A stretch of DNA of 64,000 bases from an uncultured Verrucomicrobiota bacterium (GCA_903922605.1 CAIXUG010000081.1:17357-81356); one strand, 5' to 3'; shown: positions 1-10,039, counted from the first letter of the stretch. Numbers and translations: made by a program. The notes: a model not told the origin generated them from the sequence alone.

Positions 1-277
1 GGGTCTTCGCCCGGCCGATGCGGTCGCCCACCGCCCCGAAGATCAGGCCGCCGGTGGCCCAGCCGGCCACGAAGATGGCGGTCGCGTAGCCGCCGTAGAG
101 CTTCGGGTCCGCCCCGACGGGCAGCAGCGACTTCATCGCGCCACCACGTGCCAGCAGGAAGAGCTGCTGGTCAAGACAGTCAAAGAGCCAGGCGAGGCTG
201 GCCACGGTGAACACAAACCAATGGTGCCGGTTCAGAAGCCGCCACCAGGGCAGCCCGGAGACATTCGGGGACTTCAT
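1..277 (-). CDS. MFS transporter, N-terminal part (continues beyond window edge)
   Basis: Manual minus-strand translation from the ATG at 277-275 gives MKSPNVSGLPWWRLLNRHHWFVFTVASLAWLFDCLDQQLF...IFVAGWATGGLIFGAVGDRIGRAKT. It has two hydrophobic helices followed by an MFS motif-A-like GxxGDRxGR. It is absent from the ORF track because it is truncated by the window edge. Confidence 0.6.
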   Translation of the reverse strand, partial: MKSPNVSGLPWWRLLNRHHWFVFTVASLAWLFDCLDQQLFLLARGGAMKSLLPVGADPKLYGGYATAIFVAGWATGGLIFGAVGDRIGRAKT

Positions 278-488
278 GGATTGATACGTGTTCGTAGCTT
301 GCGGGAGGGCTGTTCCCGCCGGAAAGCGGAAAGTCGGGAAATGAACGGGGAGCTCATTCCTGCAACCGGCTTCAACCGATGGTGGCGGACGCGCAGACGG
401 ATGAGTGCTTTCCGTGAACTTCGTCTTGGCGGACTGGGGCGAAACCCAACAACTGCGGACGGCCACGCCTGCCCGACTGTCCGCCATA

Positions 489-549
489 GCGCTGAAAGCG
501 CGTCCGAATGATGCCTGGGGTGGAGCGAACGCAGTGAGCGCAGCCCCAG
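489..549 (+). repeat. GC-rich intergenic repeat element of about 60 nt, copy A
   Basis: Sequence gcgctgaaagcgcgtccgaatgatgcctggggtggagcga-acgcagt-gagcgcagccccag. The reverse complement of 648-707 matches at roughly 80%. Identical blocks are gctgaaagc, gtccga, tgcctggggtggagcga and gagcgcagccccag. Confidence 0.7.
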
Positions 550-606
550 AACAGATCCTCCGATTGGTTTGAGGGCTGAAGGCCCGACCCAAAGGCTGCC
601 AACTTT

Positions 607-626
607 TTCGGACGCGCTTACAGCGC
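607..626 (-). repeat. Partial third copy of the same element (first 20 nt only)
   Basis: ttcggacgcgcttacagcgc equals the reverse complement of 489-508 with one mismatch. Confidence 0.5.
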
Positions 627-647
627 TCGGTCTCTTTTGTCAGGGAA

Positions 648-707
648 CCTGGGGCTGCGCTCGCATGGCTCGCTCCACCCCAGGCACCACTCGGACAGGC
701 TTTCAGC
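648..707 (-). repeat. GC-rich intergenic repeat element of about 60 nt, copy B (inverted relative to copy A)
   Basis: The reverse complement reads gctgaaagcctgtccgagtggtgcctggggtggagcga-gccatgc-gagcgcagccccagg. It aligns to copy A without gaps, apart from a divergent 7-nt core. Confidence 0.7.
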
Positions 708-798
708 CCTACCGAGCAGGATGCCTGCGCGCCATCTTACCAGTGAAGGCCTAGCCCTCTCTTGGTGACAAGAGGTTCCAAGGAGAGGAGCGAGTCAC

Positions 799-1683
799 TC
801 AGACGTAGAAAAAGACCCACACGGCAAAAACCACGGCCGTGATTCCGGCGGACGCGGCGAACATCCACAGGGCGGAGCGGGCCTTGGCGGCCAGGGAGAA
901 GGTGGAAATGATCACCGCGAGCTGGGCGCCCAGCATGCCGAAGAAAAAGCGCTGGCTGCGATGGCGATGGCGCTCGGCGATCAGGTTGCTTTTGCGCACC
1001 TGCAGCTCGAGCATCTGGGCGATGGTCTGGTTGAGTCGCGCCTCGGTTTCGTAGCGGGCACTGGTGTACCGCAACCGGGACGCGGTGAAGTCCCGCACCC
1101 GCTCCTGGCCGCTCCCGATCAGAGATTTTTCAAGGTCATCGATGACCTTGGTGACCGGTTTGGTGACGTCGTCATAGCGGTCCGCGCGCTCCCGGGCGGC
1201 CCGTTCCGTGCTCGTGATGGTCTGGAGGTCGAGACTGTTCAGGGGCACGGCGATTTCCTCGTCCGATTTGGCCGCGTCCAGCATGTCGACGGCGGACCGG
1301 ATGGCGGGGGCCATTTCGATTTCGGGCGGCAACGGCGGAAGTTCCCCTTTCTGGATGGCGGCGACAGCGGCCGGGGCGAGGTTGGGGAAGGTGGAGGCGT
1401 CGATGGGATTCAGGGTCACCGTGGCCTGCAACAGGTCCAGGGTGCTGCGCTGCATGGCTCCGCGCAGGCGCTTGGCCTGGAAGTAACCCCACTGGTCTCC
1501 CGCCTTCGCCTGTTGCTGGGCACCGAGCGAGCGCGAGTATTGCGCCCGGGTCATTTCACTGGAGGCCAGTCCCGCCAGCATGGTCGAGATGACGGTCATG
1601 ATGATCGGTGTGGCCGTGAGGATCTTGCCCCAATTGTTCTTTGGAGCATCTTCCTTCAGTGAGTCGGGTATCTGGATCTTCAT
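799..1683 (-). CDS. Membrane-anchored coiled-coil protein, DUF4337-like
   Basis: This is the ORF 799..1866 trimmed to the internal start MKIQIPDSLKED (ATG at 1683-1681). It has an N-terminal TM (ILTATPIIMTVISTMLAGLA), a DQWGYFQAKRLR motif remembered from DUF4337, and a C-terminal TM pair (FFFGMLGAQLAVIISTF, ALWMFAASAGITAVVFAVWVFF). The upstream 61 codons are Arg/Gly-rich and look non-coding. Confidence 0.6.
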   Translation of the reverse strand: MKIQIPDSLKEDAPKNNWGKILTATPIIMTVISTMLAGLASSEMTRAQYSRSLGAQQQAKAGDQWGYFQAKRLRGAMQRSTLDLLQATVTLNPIDASTFPNLAPAAVAAIQKGELPPLPPEIEMAPAIRSAVDMLDAAKSDEEIAVPLNSLDLQTITSTERAARERADRYDDVTKPVTKVIDDLEKSLIGSGQERVRDFTASRLRYTSARYETEARLNQTIAQMLELQVRKSNLIAERHRHRSQRFFFGMLGAQLAVIISTFSLAAKARSALWMFAASAGITAVVFAVWVFFYV

Positions 1684-1927
1684 GATTTGATTGGCGATGG
1701 CGGTGCCGGTGCCAGGTGAGGGAATACAGGGTTTCCGGGGCGAAGGCAGCAGTGTTATTGCAAGAGGTCTGGAGCGGTTTGCCCCTCCGTTCCAGCGTCT
1801 TCCACGGCAGCAATTTGACGTGCCCACGTCCGACGACGGCGCAAGGCGGCCGCGACACGATTCCACTTGGTTCCTTCGTTCCTTGGCGGTTCATCCAAGG
1901 TTCGGCAAGGCGCTGGGGCTGGCATTA

Positions 1928-3403
<1,476 letters not shown>

Positions 3404-3534
3404 GTTGTGCCGAGGCTAGCGGTGGGCCTTGGCGGGAAGGAAGGGTAAAGCGATCAGGGAGTGCCGCCCCCCGGGGACGGCATTTTTGACATTGGTACCC
3501 GCGCGGGAAATCAGGCATTCGTCCCGCAGCGAAT

Positions 3535-5391
3535 ATGTGCGGCATCATTGGTTACGTCGGCAAACGGCAGGCCTCTCCCATCCTCCTCGAAGGATTGCGG
3601 CGGCTGGAATATCGCGGCTACGACAGCGCCGGCGTGGCGGTGATCGGTGAGGAGGCGCTGGTCACCCGCAAGCGCAAGGGGAAGATCGAGGAGGGGCTGG
3701 GCACGCTGCTCGGCCAGTCACCCGTGGCCGGCCATTGCGGGATTGGCCATACCCGTTGGGCGACCCACGGCCCGCCCAGTGACGAGAATTCGCATCCGCA
3801 TCTGGACCGCGCCAGCCGGGTCGCGGTCGTGCACAACGGTGTCATCGAGAACTACGACCGGATCAAGGAACGGCTGGTGGCGGCAGGGCATCGGTTCCAG
3901 TCCGCCACGGACACTGAAGTGCTCGCCCACCTGATCGGTGAGCATCTCGCCCGGCTGACGTCCGTGCCGGAGGGCACCCACCCGCTGGCCGCCGCCGTGG
4001 CCAATGCCTTGCGTGAGGTCATTGGCACCTATGGCATCGCCGTCGTCGCGATAGATTATCCGGGCATCATTGTCGGGGCGCGGCGTGGTTCGCCGCTGCT
4101 GATCGGAGTCGGGGAAGGGGAGAACTACCTGGCTTCCGATGCTGCCGCCGTGGTCGCGCACACACGCCAGGTCGTCTATCTCAACGACTACGATGTCGTG
4201 ACGCTGACGGCGGATGACTTCGCCGTGACCAACCTGGGCACTGAGACCGCCAAGGTGCAGATCACGCGTCTGGAATTCGACGCCGAGGCGGCCGAGCGCG
4301 GGCCTTACCCGCACTTCATGCTCAAGGAGATCTTCGAGCAGCCCCAGACCGTGCGGAACGCCCTGCGCGGGCGGGTCGATCTGGAGGAGGCCACCGCGAA
4401 GTTCGGCGGCCTGAACATGACGACGGCCGAACTGCGCGCCGTGGACCGCGTGGTCATTGCCGCCTGCGGCACGAGCTGGCATGCGGCGCTCGTGGGCGAG
4501 TATCTCCTCGAGGAGTTCGCCCACCTGCCGTGCGAGGTCGAGTACGCCAGCGAGTTCCGCTACCGCAACGCGCCGCTCGACAAGCACACGCTGCTGCTCG
4601 TCATCACCCAGTCCGGCGAGACCGCCGACACGCTGGCGGGACTGCGCGAGGCGAGGCGGCGCGGCCACAAGGCCCTCGCCATCTGCAATGTCGTCGGTTC
4701 GACCATTGCGCGCGAGGCGGATGGCGGCATCTACCTGCACGCCGGCCCGGAGATCGGGGTGGCCAGCACCAAGGCCTTCACCTCGCAGGTCAGCGCACTC
4801 ACGCTGCTGGCGCTGCTGATGGGGCGCATCCGGATGCTCTCGCATCCACGCGGCAATCAGGTGCTGCGCGCTCTGGAGGCCATCCCCGACCAGATCCAGC
4901 GCATACTTGACCAGAATGAGCGCATCCGGCAGCTCGCGCTCAAGTATGCGGCCGCCGAGGACTTCTTCTTCATCGGCCGGCAATATAACTTCCCGGTCGC
5001 ACTCGAAGGCGCGCTGAAACTGAAGGAAATCTCCTACATCCATGCCGAGGGGTATCCGGCTGCCGAGATGAAGCACGGCCCCATCGCGATGATTGACGAA
5101 CGCACGCCCACGGTCGTGCTCGCGCCGAACGATGCGCTCTACGACAAGACGCAGAGCAACCTGCAGGAGATCAAGGCGCGCAAGGGGCCGATCATCGTGA
5201 TTGCCACCGAAGGCAACACCCGCATTGCCCAGGCGGCGGACGACATCCTGTACGTGCCCGCGACGCTGGACCCGCTGTATCCGCTCCTGAACGTGATCCC
5301 GCTCCAGTTGCTGGCCTACCACATCGCCGTCGCCCGTGGCTGCGACGTGGACAAGCCGCGCAATCTGGCCAAGAGCGTGACGGTGGAGTGA
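3535..5391 (+). CDS. glmS: Glutamine--fructose-6-phosphate aminotransferase
   Basis: N-terminal catalytic Cys (MCGIIGYVG), class-II amidotransferase domain, two SIS domains and the canonical C-terminus ...NLAKSVTVE. Length 618 aa. Confidence 0.97.
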   Translation: MCGIIGYVGKRQASPILLEGLRRLEYRGYDSAGVAVIGEEALVTRKRKGKIEEGLGTLLGQSPVAGHCGIGHTRWATHGPPSDENSHPHLDRASRVAVVHNGVIENYDRIKERLVAAGHRFQSATDTEVLAHLIGEHLARLTSVPEGTHPLAAAVANALREVIGTYGIAVVAIDYPGIIVGARRGSPLLIGVGEGENYLASDAAAVVAHTRQVVYLNDYDVVTLTADDFAVTNLGTETAKVQITRLEFDAEAAERGPYPHFMLKEIFEQPQTVRNALRGRVDLEEATAKFGGLNMTTAELRAVDRVVIAACGTSWHAALVGEYLLEEFAHLPCEVEYASEFRYRNAPLDKHTLLLVITQSGETADTLAGLREARRRGHKALAICNVVGSTIAREADGGIYLHAGPEIGVASTKAFTSQVSALTLLALLMGRIRMLSHPRGNQVLRALEAIPDQIQRILDQNERIRQLALKYAAAEDFFFIGRQYNFPVALEGALKLKEISYIHAEGYPAAEMKHGPIAMIDERTPTVVLAPNDALYDKTQSNLQEIKARKGPIIVIATEGNTRIAQAADDILYVPATLDPLYPLLNVIPLQLLAYHIAVARGCDVDKPRNLAKSVTVE

Positions 5392-5505
5392 GGCTTTTAT
5401 CCCATTAGGGGGCTTTCATTTTGAGGCTGGACTACTGGAAGAATACATTCAATGTATCAATACAAAATAGCTAGTTCCTAACGGATTAATTCGACATTTT
5501 AATGT

Positions 5506-6828
5506 ATGGCATTAACTTGGCAACAAATTGACGCAGCCAAGGCCTGTCTTGCTAAGATCGAAGCCTTTGATTTGGAAGCTGCGATAGTGCAAAATTTCCC
5601 CAATCAAGATTTGGGGAAAACATGCTTGGGGCGATGGAATGCGATTGAATTTCAGAGCCTTTCTAAGCGGATGACGAGGCAGTTGGCCGCTCAGTTTGAT
5701 GGGCCATCGCCGAATGTTCTTCCGCACTGCTTTTGGTGGGACGTTCAAGGTCAGTCAATGGAGCAACGTCATCTAGATGGAACTCTCTCAGAATATCTCC
5801 TCCGCCTGGAAAATCAACATTGGGAAAGGGCTGCAGATCTATTGGAGGTGCTAATTGGGTATCAGGTTCATTGCGGCTTTTGGAGCGTCGGTGAAAGAAA
5901 GCTATATAGCATTCCTCGGTTAAAGCAGTTTGAAATTTTTAAAACACTAGAACTAAAATCTTCTCAACTGACACAGCTTATAAACGAAGTTTCGGGGAAA
6001 AACCAACAATTGGAACCGGAGATCGAAAACCGGAAAACTGAAGCGGCAGCTATTGGGAAATTGCTTCACGGCGCGGAAAGAGAAACAGAGGAGGTTGGGA
6101 AACTTCTGAATCAGGCCTCAAACCACGAGGGGAAACTTCAGCAAATAGTATCCAATCAAGAAGCCAATCTCGAAACATCAAAAAATGAGATTCAAGAAGC
6201 CACAAAAATAAAAATCGATTTATTAAATTCTTTAAAAAGTGCGATTGAGGAGTTGGAGAAATCACGCGCCATCTTGCAGTTTCTTGAAAGTAAGGTCGAT
6301 ATGGTTAACGAGATTGCGGGTACTGCTGGCGCTGGCTTATTGGGGCGGAAATTCGAAGCGCGGAATTGGGAGCTGCAATCCACTTCGCGTACTTGGTTTT
6401 ACATTTTATTGGGATCTGTCGGGGCTTCAGCAGTTTGGTTGGGCTTCGCTCACAAGTATATCGTGCAGAAAGATCCCAGCATTTGGATGACATTGGCAGA
6501 GAATTTCGGGCTACTTCTTCCCGCATGCTTCCTGCTTTACTTTGTCGCAAATCAATATGCGAAAGAGCGCCACTTTCAGGAAGAGTATGCGTTTCGATCT
6601 GCGGTTTCCATGACTCTTAACGCATTTGCTGACTTATTGAAAGAAGGGCAATCTGAGCGAAACAAACTTTACACTGATACGGTTGAGAGATTGTATCGCT
6701 TGCCAATTTCTCTTCAAGAGCGCGAATCTGGAGCTGGATTGTTTCGCTCCAAACCAATTGAACAGACAACTAAATCTCTTTTGGAATTAATTAAAGAGAT
6801 CAACGAGCTTAAAAAGCATGACAAATGA
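5506..6828 (+). CDS. Orphan hypothetical protein: N-terminal globular domain, long coiled coil, two TM helices (low-GC island)
   Basis: A 440-aa ORF in a markedly AT-rich stretch. A heptad-rich segment of about 130 aa (LKSSQLTQLINEVSGKNQQLEPEIENRK...AIEELEKSRAILQFLESK) is followed by two hydrophobic helices (WFYILLGSVGASAVWLGFA and FGLLLPACFLLYFVANQY) and an amphipathic tail. I did not recognise a family signature. Confidence 0.75.
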   Translation: MALTWQQIDAAKACLAKIEAFDLEAAIVQNFPNQDLGKTCLGRWNAIEFQSLSKRMTRQLAAQFDGPSPNVLPHCFWWDVQGQSMEQRHLDGTLSEYLLRLENQHWERAADLLEVLIGYQVHCGFWSVGERKLYSIPRLKQFEIFKTLELKSSQLTQLINEVSGKNQQLEPEIENRKTEAAAIGKLLHGAERETEEVGKLLNQASNHEGKLQQIVSNQEANLETSKNEIQEATKIKIDLLNSLKSAIEELEKSRAILQFLESKVDMVNEIAGTAGAGLLGRKFEARNWELQSTSRTWFYILLGSVGASAVWLGFAHKYIVQKDPSIWMTLAENFGLLLPACFLLYFVANQYAKERHFQEEYAFRSAVSMTLNAFADLLKEGQSERNKLYTDTVERLYRLPISLQERESGAGLFRSKPIEQTTKSLLELIKEINELKKHDK

Positions 6829-6926
6829 ATTCATCAGGCTTTTGGCTTAAATCGACCGAACGCTGAATCTTTTCAATTTTCGTCTGCTAATCTTATAAGT
6901 CATTAAGGAGGGCATCTGCATGGCTT

Positions 6927-7297
6927 TCAACGATCCGCGGCCTTGGTCAGCTCAAAGGTGTCGAACAGGCGGCCTTCGAGGTCGTAGGCTTTAAACTGGA
7001 TCGTCCGGTCCTGTACGGTGGCAAAGCAGAAGCGGTGTCCCCGCTGGACATGGATGGAATACCAGGAGCGTTGCGGACCCGCCTCTTCCAGCGTGCTACC
7101 CCCGCCGCCGCTGGTGATGTAGCCGACACCATTCTTCTGATTGATGGCCATCTGCAGGATCGGCCGGGTGCGTTCGTAGCTGTGGATGTCCCTGCCACGG
7201 TGAAAAGCTGCTCCCAGTCAGCGCGATTGGCCGGAGTTCGTTTTCGGCGCCCGGCGGAAAACGCTGTCGGATTCCAACCTCCGGCGGCGATATACAC
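6927..7297 (-). pseudogene. Remnant of a calcineurin-like metallophosphoesterase (C-terminal fragment, frameshifted, N-terminus missing)
   Basis: ORF 6927..7151 encodes ...MAINQKNGVGYITSGGGGS...QFKAYDLEGRLFDTFEL. Reading the same frame upstream gives FHRGRDIHSYERTRPILQ, a degenerate GHxHxYER motif preceded by a stop. The overlapping ORF 6947..7297 carries ...YIAAGGWN...ADWEQLF in another frame. The whole catalytic N-terminal half is absent. Confidence 0.6.
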
Positions 7298-7303
7298 CTG
7301 AAG

Positions 7304-9973
7304 ATGAGCGACACCGACCTACAACTGCTCGCGCGTTACTCCCGTGACCAGGCCGAGGACGCCTTTGCCGAAATTGTCCGCCGCCACGTGGACCTCGTGT
7401 ATTCCGCCGCGCTCCGGCAGGTCCGCTCCCCGCAGCTCGCCGAGGAAGTCGGCCAATCCGCCTTCACCGATCTCGCGCGCAATGCCGACACTTTGAAGCC
7501 CGGCACGGTGTTGACCGCGTGGCTTTATCAGGTGACCCGCCGAACCGCCATTGACGTCGTCCGCCGTGAAACCCGTCGCCAGTTGCGCGAACTGATCGCC
7601 ACCGAGATGAATGCCATGAACGCCCCGGAAACCGGCTGGACGCACATCGAGCCGCTGCTCGACGAGGCGATGTCCGCACTCGATGAACCCGACCGCGCCG
7701 CCGTGCTCCTGCGCTATTTCGAGAACAAATCTCTGCGCGAAGTCGGCCAGCAACTCGGCGTGACCGACGATGCCGCGCAAAAGCGAGTGACTCGTGCAGT
7801 GGAACGGCTGCGAGAATTCTTCGCCCGACGCGGTGTCAGCGTCGGTGCGGGTGGACTGGTCGGCGGCCTTTCCGCCCACGCCGTCCAAGCGGCTCCGGCG
7901 GGACTGGGGGTTACCCTGTCCACGGCTGCCCTGTTGGCGACCGCCGGCCTTTCCGCCCCGGCCGGTGCCAGTGCGACTGCCGGAGTCTTCGCTTGGGCAA
8001 TGCAGGCCGCCCGGACGAAGCTCGGGGCCGGGCTTGCCGCGGTGGCTGTCGCCGGCATGGCCACCTGCTTCACGCTCCGCACGCGTCACCCAGCGGACGG
8101 GAGTGACGCCACCGCCGCTCACCCGGTCGTCGGATCCAATCCGGACCAAAAGCAGCTTCCAGCGGGATCGGCGGCCGGAGGCGCCAACGGGGTTGAGAAG
8201 CCGCACGATCCCGATCCACTCGCCCTGCTCATGGGAGTGGCCAAGGCCAGGCAGCGGATTGCTTCGGGGACTGTGGAGTATCAGCACACCGTGGAGCAGA
8301 TGTTTCAGCCGGGGCGCCCCATGACCAATCACCTGCGGCTCCTGGCACGGTTTGAGGGGGCGAAGCTGCGCTTCGAACAGTTTGACCGTGAATACAGCTA
8401 TGCATACTCGGCCGATGAGGCCAAGCAGCAGGAGATTACGAAGCAGGCTGACAGCATGGGCCGGGAGGCGGCGGTTCAGGCGGGACTGCTGAAGCCCTTT
8501 GAATCACACCACGTGGCTGCCTATGACGGAGTGGCCGTCATGGATTATTGGGAATCGGATGGCAAAGCGGAGCACATGACCATCGATGCGCCCGGCAGGA
8601 GTGCTAGTTTCCTCGGTAACCCGCGGTGTCTGGGCCTCAGTTCTTCGACGTACGTCGAGACTACCGTCGAGGGCTGCCTGGGTTACGCCGACGCCAAATC
8701 GTTCGAATTGGCCGGCGAGGAGTCCGTGGAGGGAATTCCTGCCTGGCATGTACGCGTGCAATCCCGGAGTTGGGGCACACTGGATTTCTGGATTGAGGTC
8801 GCCCACCCGGAACGGGTCCTCAAGCGCGCCAACGGATCCGATGTGGTGCTTTCGAAATACGAGGGCGACGCTTCGCGCGACCCGCTCCCGGTCGAAGTCA
8901 AAATCATGACCTTCCGCAACGGAGCGCCGTTCATGGGCGAGCAGTTCATCCGCTCCAATGCCAGTTACAATGTGCCCATGGAGCCTTCGTCCTTCACCCT
9001 ATCCGGATTGGGGATCGCCAAGGGCACACCGGTCACCGATAATCGCATCTCTCGTTCGATTGGGTATTGGACCGGGACCGGGCTTTCCGAGGATTTGTCA
9101 CCGGCGGATGCGACCAAAGCCGAGGGAGCGCCCAAGCTCGATGAGCAGGTGGCGCTGCTGAACTACAATCCCGCCACCCCCGAAGCGTTCGACGCCGCGA
9201 AGTGGATCCTGCTCAACACCCCCGACGGGGCGGAGGTCGAAAAAGCCGCCCAGGTCATCCGGCTCTGGCACGCGCGCGACACCAATCTTCTTGGCCTTTG
9301 CCAGTCACTCGAGCGCTTGCGCCATCGCTGCTCCAAGGAATTGCTGGCAGCGCTCCTGAAAGAAAACCCCAGCGTGGATGTGCGAGGCAACGCTTGCTTT
9401 ACCTTGGCAACGCTGTTGAAAGACGAGGCAAATTACGGCCAGAACAAGCCGGCCACCGCCCAGGCCGAAAAGCAGTTCGAGCGTGTCATCGCCGAATTTG
9501 GTCGGGTCGAGCAGCGGGGATTACCCTTGGCCGGATTGGCGCAGCCGGAGCTGTCCGAATTGCGCCGCCTCACCCTCGGCAAGCCCGCGCCGGAGATCGA
9601 GGGTGTGGATCTGGAGGGCCAGCCCATGAAGCTGAGCGATTACCGGGGCAAAGTGGTGATGCTCGTATTTTGGGCGTCCAGCGCCTCGGGTGCTTCGGAC
9701 CACAAAAAGCTGGCCGAGTACATGGCCGGAAAGCCTTTTGCCCTCCTTGGCGTCTGTATCGACAACGACCTGACGAAGGGAAAAGCGGAAGCCGAGAAAT
9801 CCCAGATCACCTGGCCCTCCTTTTGGGATGGGCGCGACGGCCCGATCAGCAAGAACTGGAATGTGCAAAGCTGGCCCAATGTTTGGTTATTGGATCGGCA
9901 GGGGGTGATTCGTTACCGCGATCTGCGGGGACGCGAACTGCGCGACGCCGTGGAAAAACTGCTGGGTGAGTGA
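7304..9973 (+). CDS. ECF-type sigma-70 factor fused to a TM segment, a large extracytoplasmic region and a cysteine-less thioredoxin-like (TlpA/redoxin) domain
   Basis: Sigma region 2 (FAEIVRRHVDLVYSAALRQV...). Sigma region 4 (AVLLRYFENKSLREVGQQLGVTDDAAQKRVTRAVERLREFF). Hydrophobic stretch (LGAGLAAVAVAGMATCFTL). C-terminal redoxin fold (GKPAPEIEGVDLEGQPMKLSDYRGKVVMLVFWASSASGAS...WPNVWLLDRQGVIRY) in which the CxxC position reads SSASGAS. Confidence 0.85.
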   Translation: MSDTDLQLLARYSRDQAEDAFAEIVRRHVDLVYSAALRQVRSPQLAEEVGQSAFTDLARNADTLKPGTVLTAWLYQVTRRTAIDVVRRETRRQLRELIATEMNAMNAPETGWTHIEPLLDEAMSALDEPDRAAVLLRYFENKSLREVGQQLGVTDDAAQKRVTRAVERLREFFARRGVSVGAGGLVGGLSAHAVQAAPAGLGVTLSTAALLATAGLSAPAGASATAGVFAWAMQAARTKLGAGLAAVAVAGMATCFTLRTRHPADGSDATAAHPVVGSNPDQKQLPAGSAAGGANGVEKPHDPDPLALLMGVAKARQRIASGTVEYQHTVEQMFQPGRPMTNHLRLLARFEGAKLRFEQFDREYSYAYSADEAKQQEITKQADSMGREAAVQAGLLKPFESHHVAAYDGVAVMDYWESDGKAEHMTIDAPGRSASFLGNPRCLGLSSSTYVETTVEGCLGYADAKSFELAGEESVEGIPAWHVRVQSRSWGTLDFWIEVAHPERVLKRANGSDVVLSKYEGDASRDPLPVEVKIMTFRNGAPFMGEQFIRSNASYNVPMEPSSFTLSGLGIAKGTPVTDNRISRSIGYWTGTGLSEDLSPADATKAEGAPKLDEQVALLNYNPATPEAFDAAKWILLNTPDGAEVEKAAQVIRLWHARDTNLLGLCQSLERLRHRCSKELLAALLKENPSVDVRGNACFTLATLLKDEANYGQNKPATAQAEKQFERVIAEFGRVEQRGLPLAGLAQPELSELRRLTLGKPAPEIEGVDLEGQPMKLSDYRGKVVMLVFWASSASGASDHKKLAEYMAGKPFALLGVCIDNDLTKGKAEAEKSQITWPSFWDGRDGPISKNWNVQSWPNVWLLDRQGVIRYRDLRGRELRDAVEKLLGE

Positions 9974-9984
9974 GCGCCCTGCTG

Positions 9985-10017
9985 AAAAGCAAAAAGGGAG
10001 GACCCTGCGGTCCTCCC
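9985..10017 (-). terminator. Rho-independent terminator between convergent genes (U-tract on the minus-strand transcript)
   Basis: Stem gggaggacc (9996-10004), loop ctgc, stem ggtcctccc (10009-10017). On the minus strand the hairpin is followed by TTTTTGCTTTTC. Confidence 0.7.
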
Positions 10018-10039
10018 TTGAGACAAAGTCAGTTCCGGC

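Noticed and set aside
1700-1715. Sigma-54-like promoter (minus-strand TGGCAC-N5-CCGC, correct GG-N10-GC spacing) between the NtrC-type activator gene and the DUF4337-like gene
   Set aside because: The -12 element lacks the TT of TTGC. The predicted TSS would leave only about 4-5 nt of leader before the ATG at 1683. It is too weak to call without mapping, although it is the only candidate target next to the orphan activator.
3718-5322. 534-aa ORF antisense to glmS
   Set aside because: It fully overlaps a gene with unmistakable GlmS motifs. Its translation is Arg/Gly/Val/His-rich low-complexity sequence typical of shadow ORFs in high-GC DNA.
5392-6926. Possibility that the glmS-downstream island is a Tn7-like transposon
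   Set aside because: There are no tnsABCDE-like genes, no recognisable Tn7 end repeats, and only one cargo-like gene in 1.5 kb. At most it is a remnant, or it inserted by another route.
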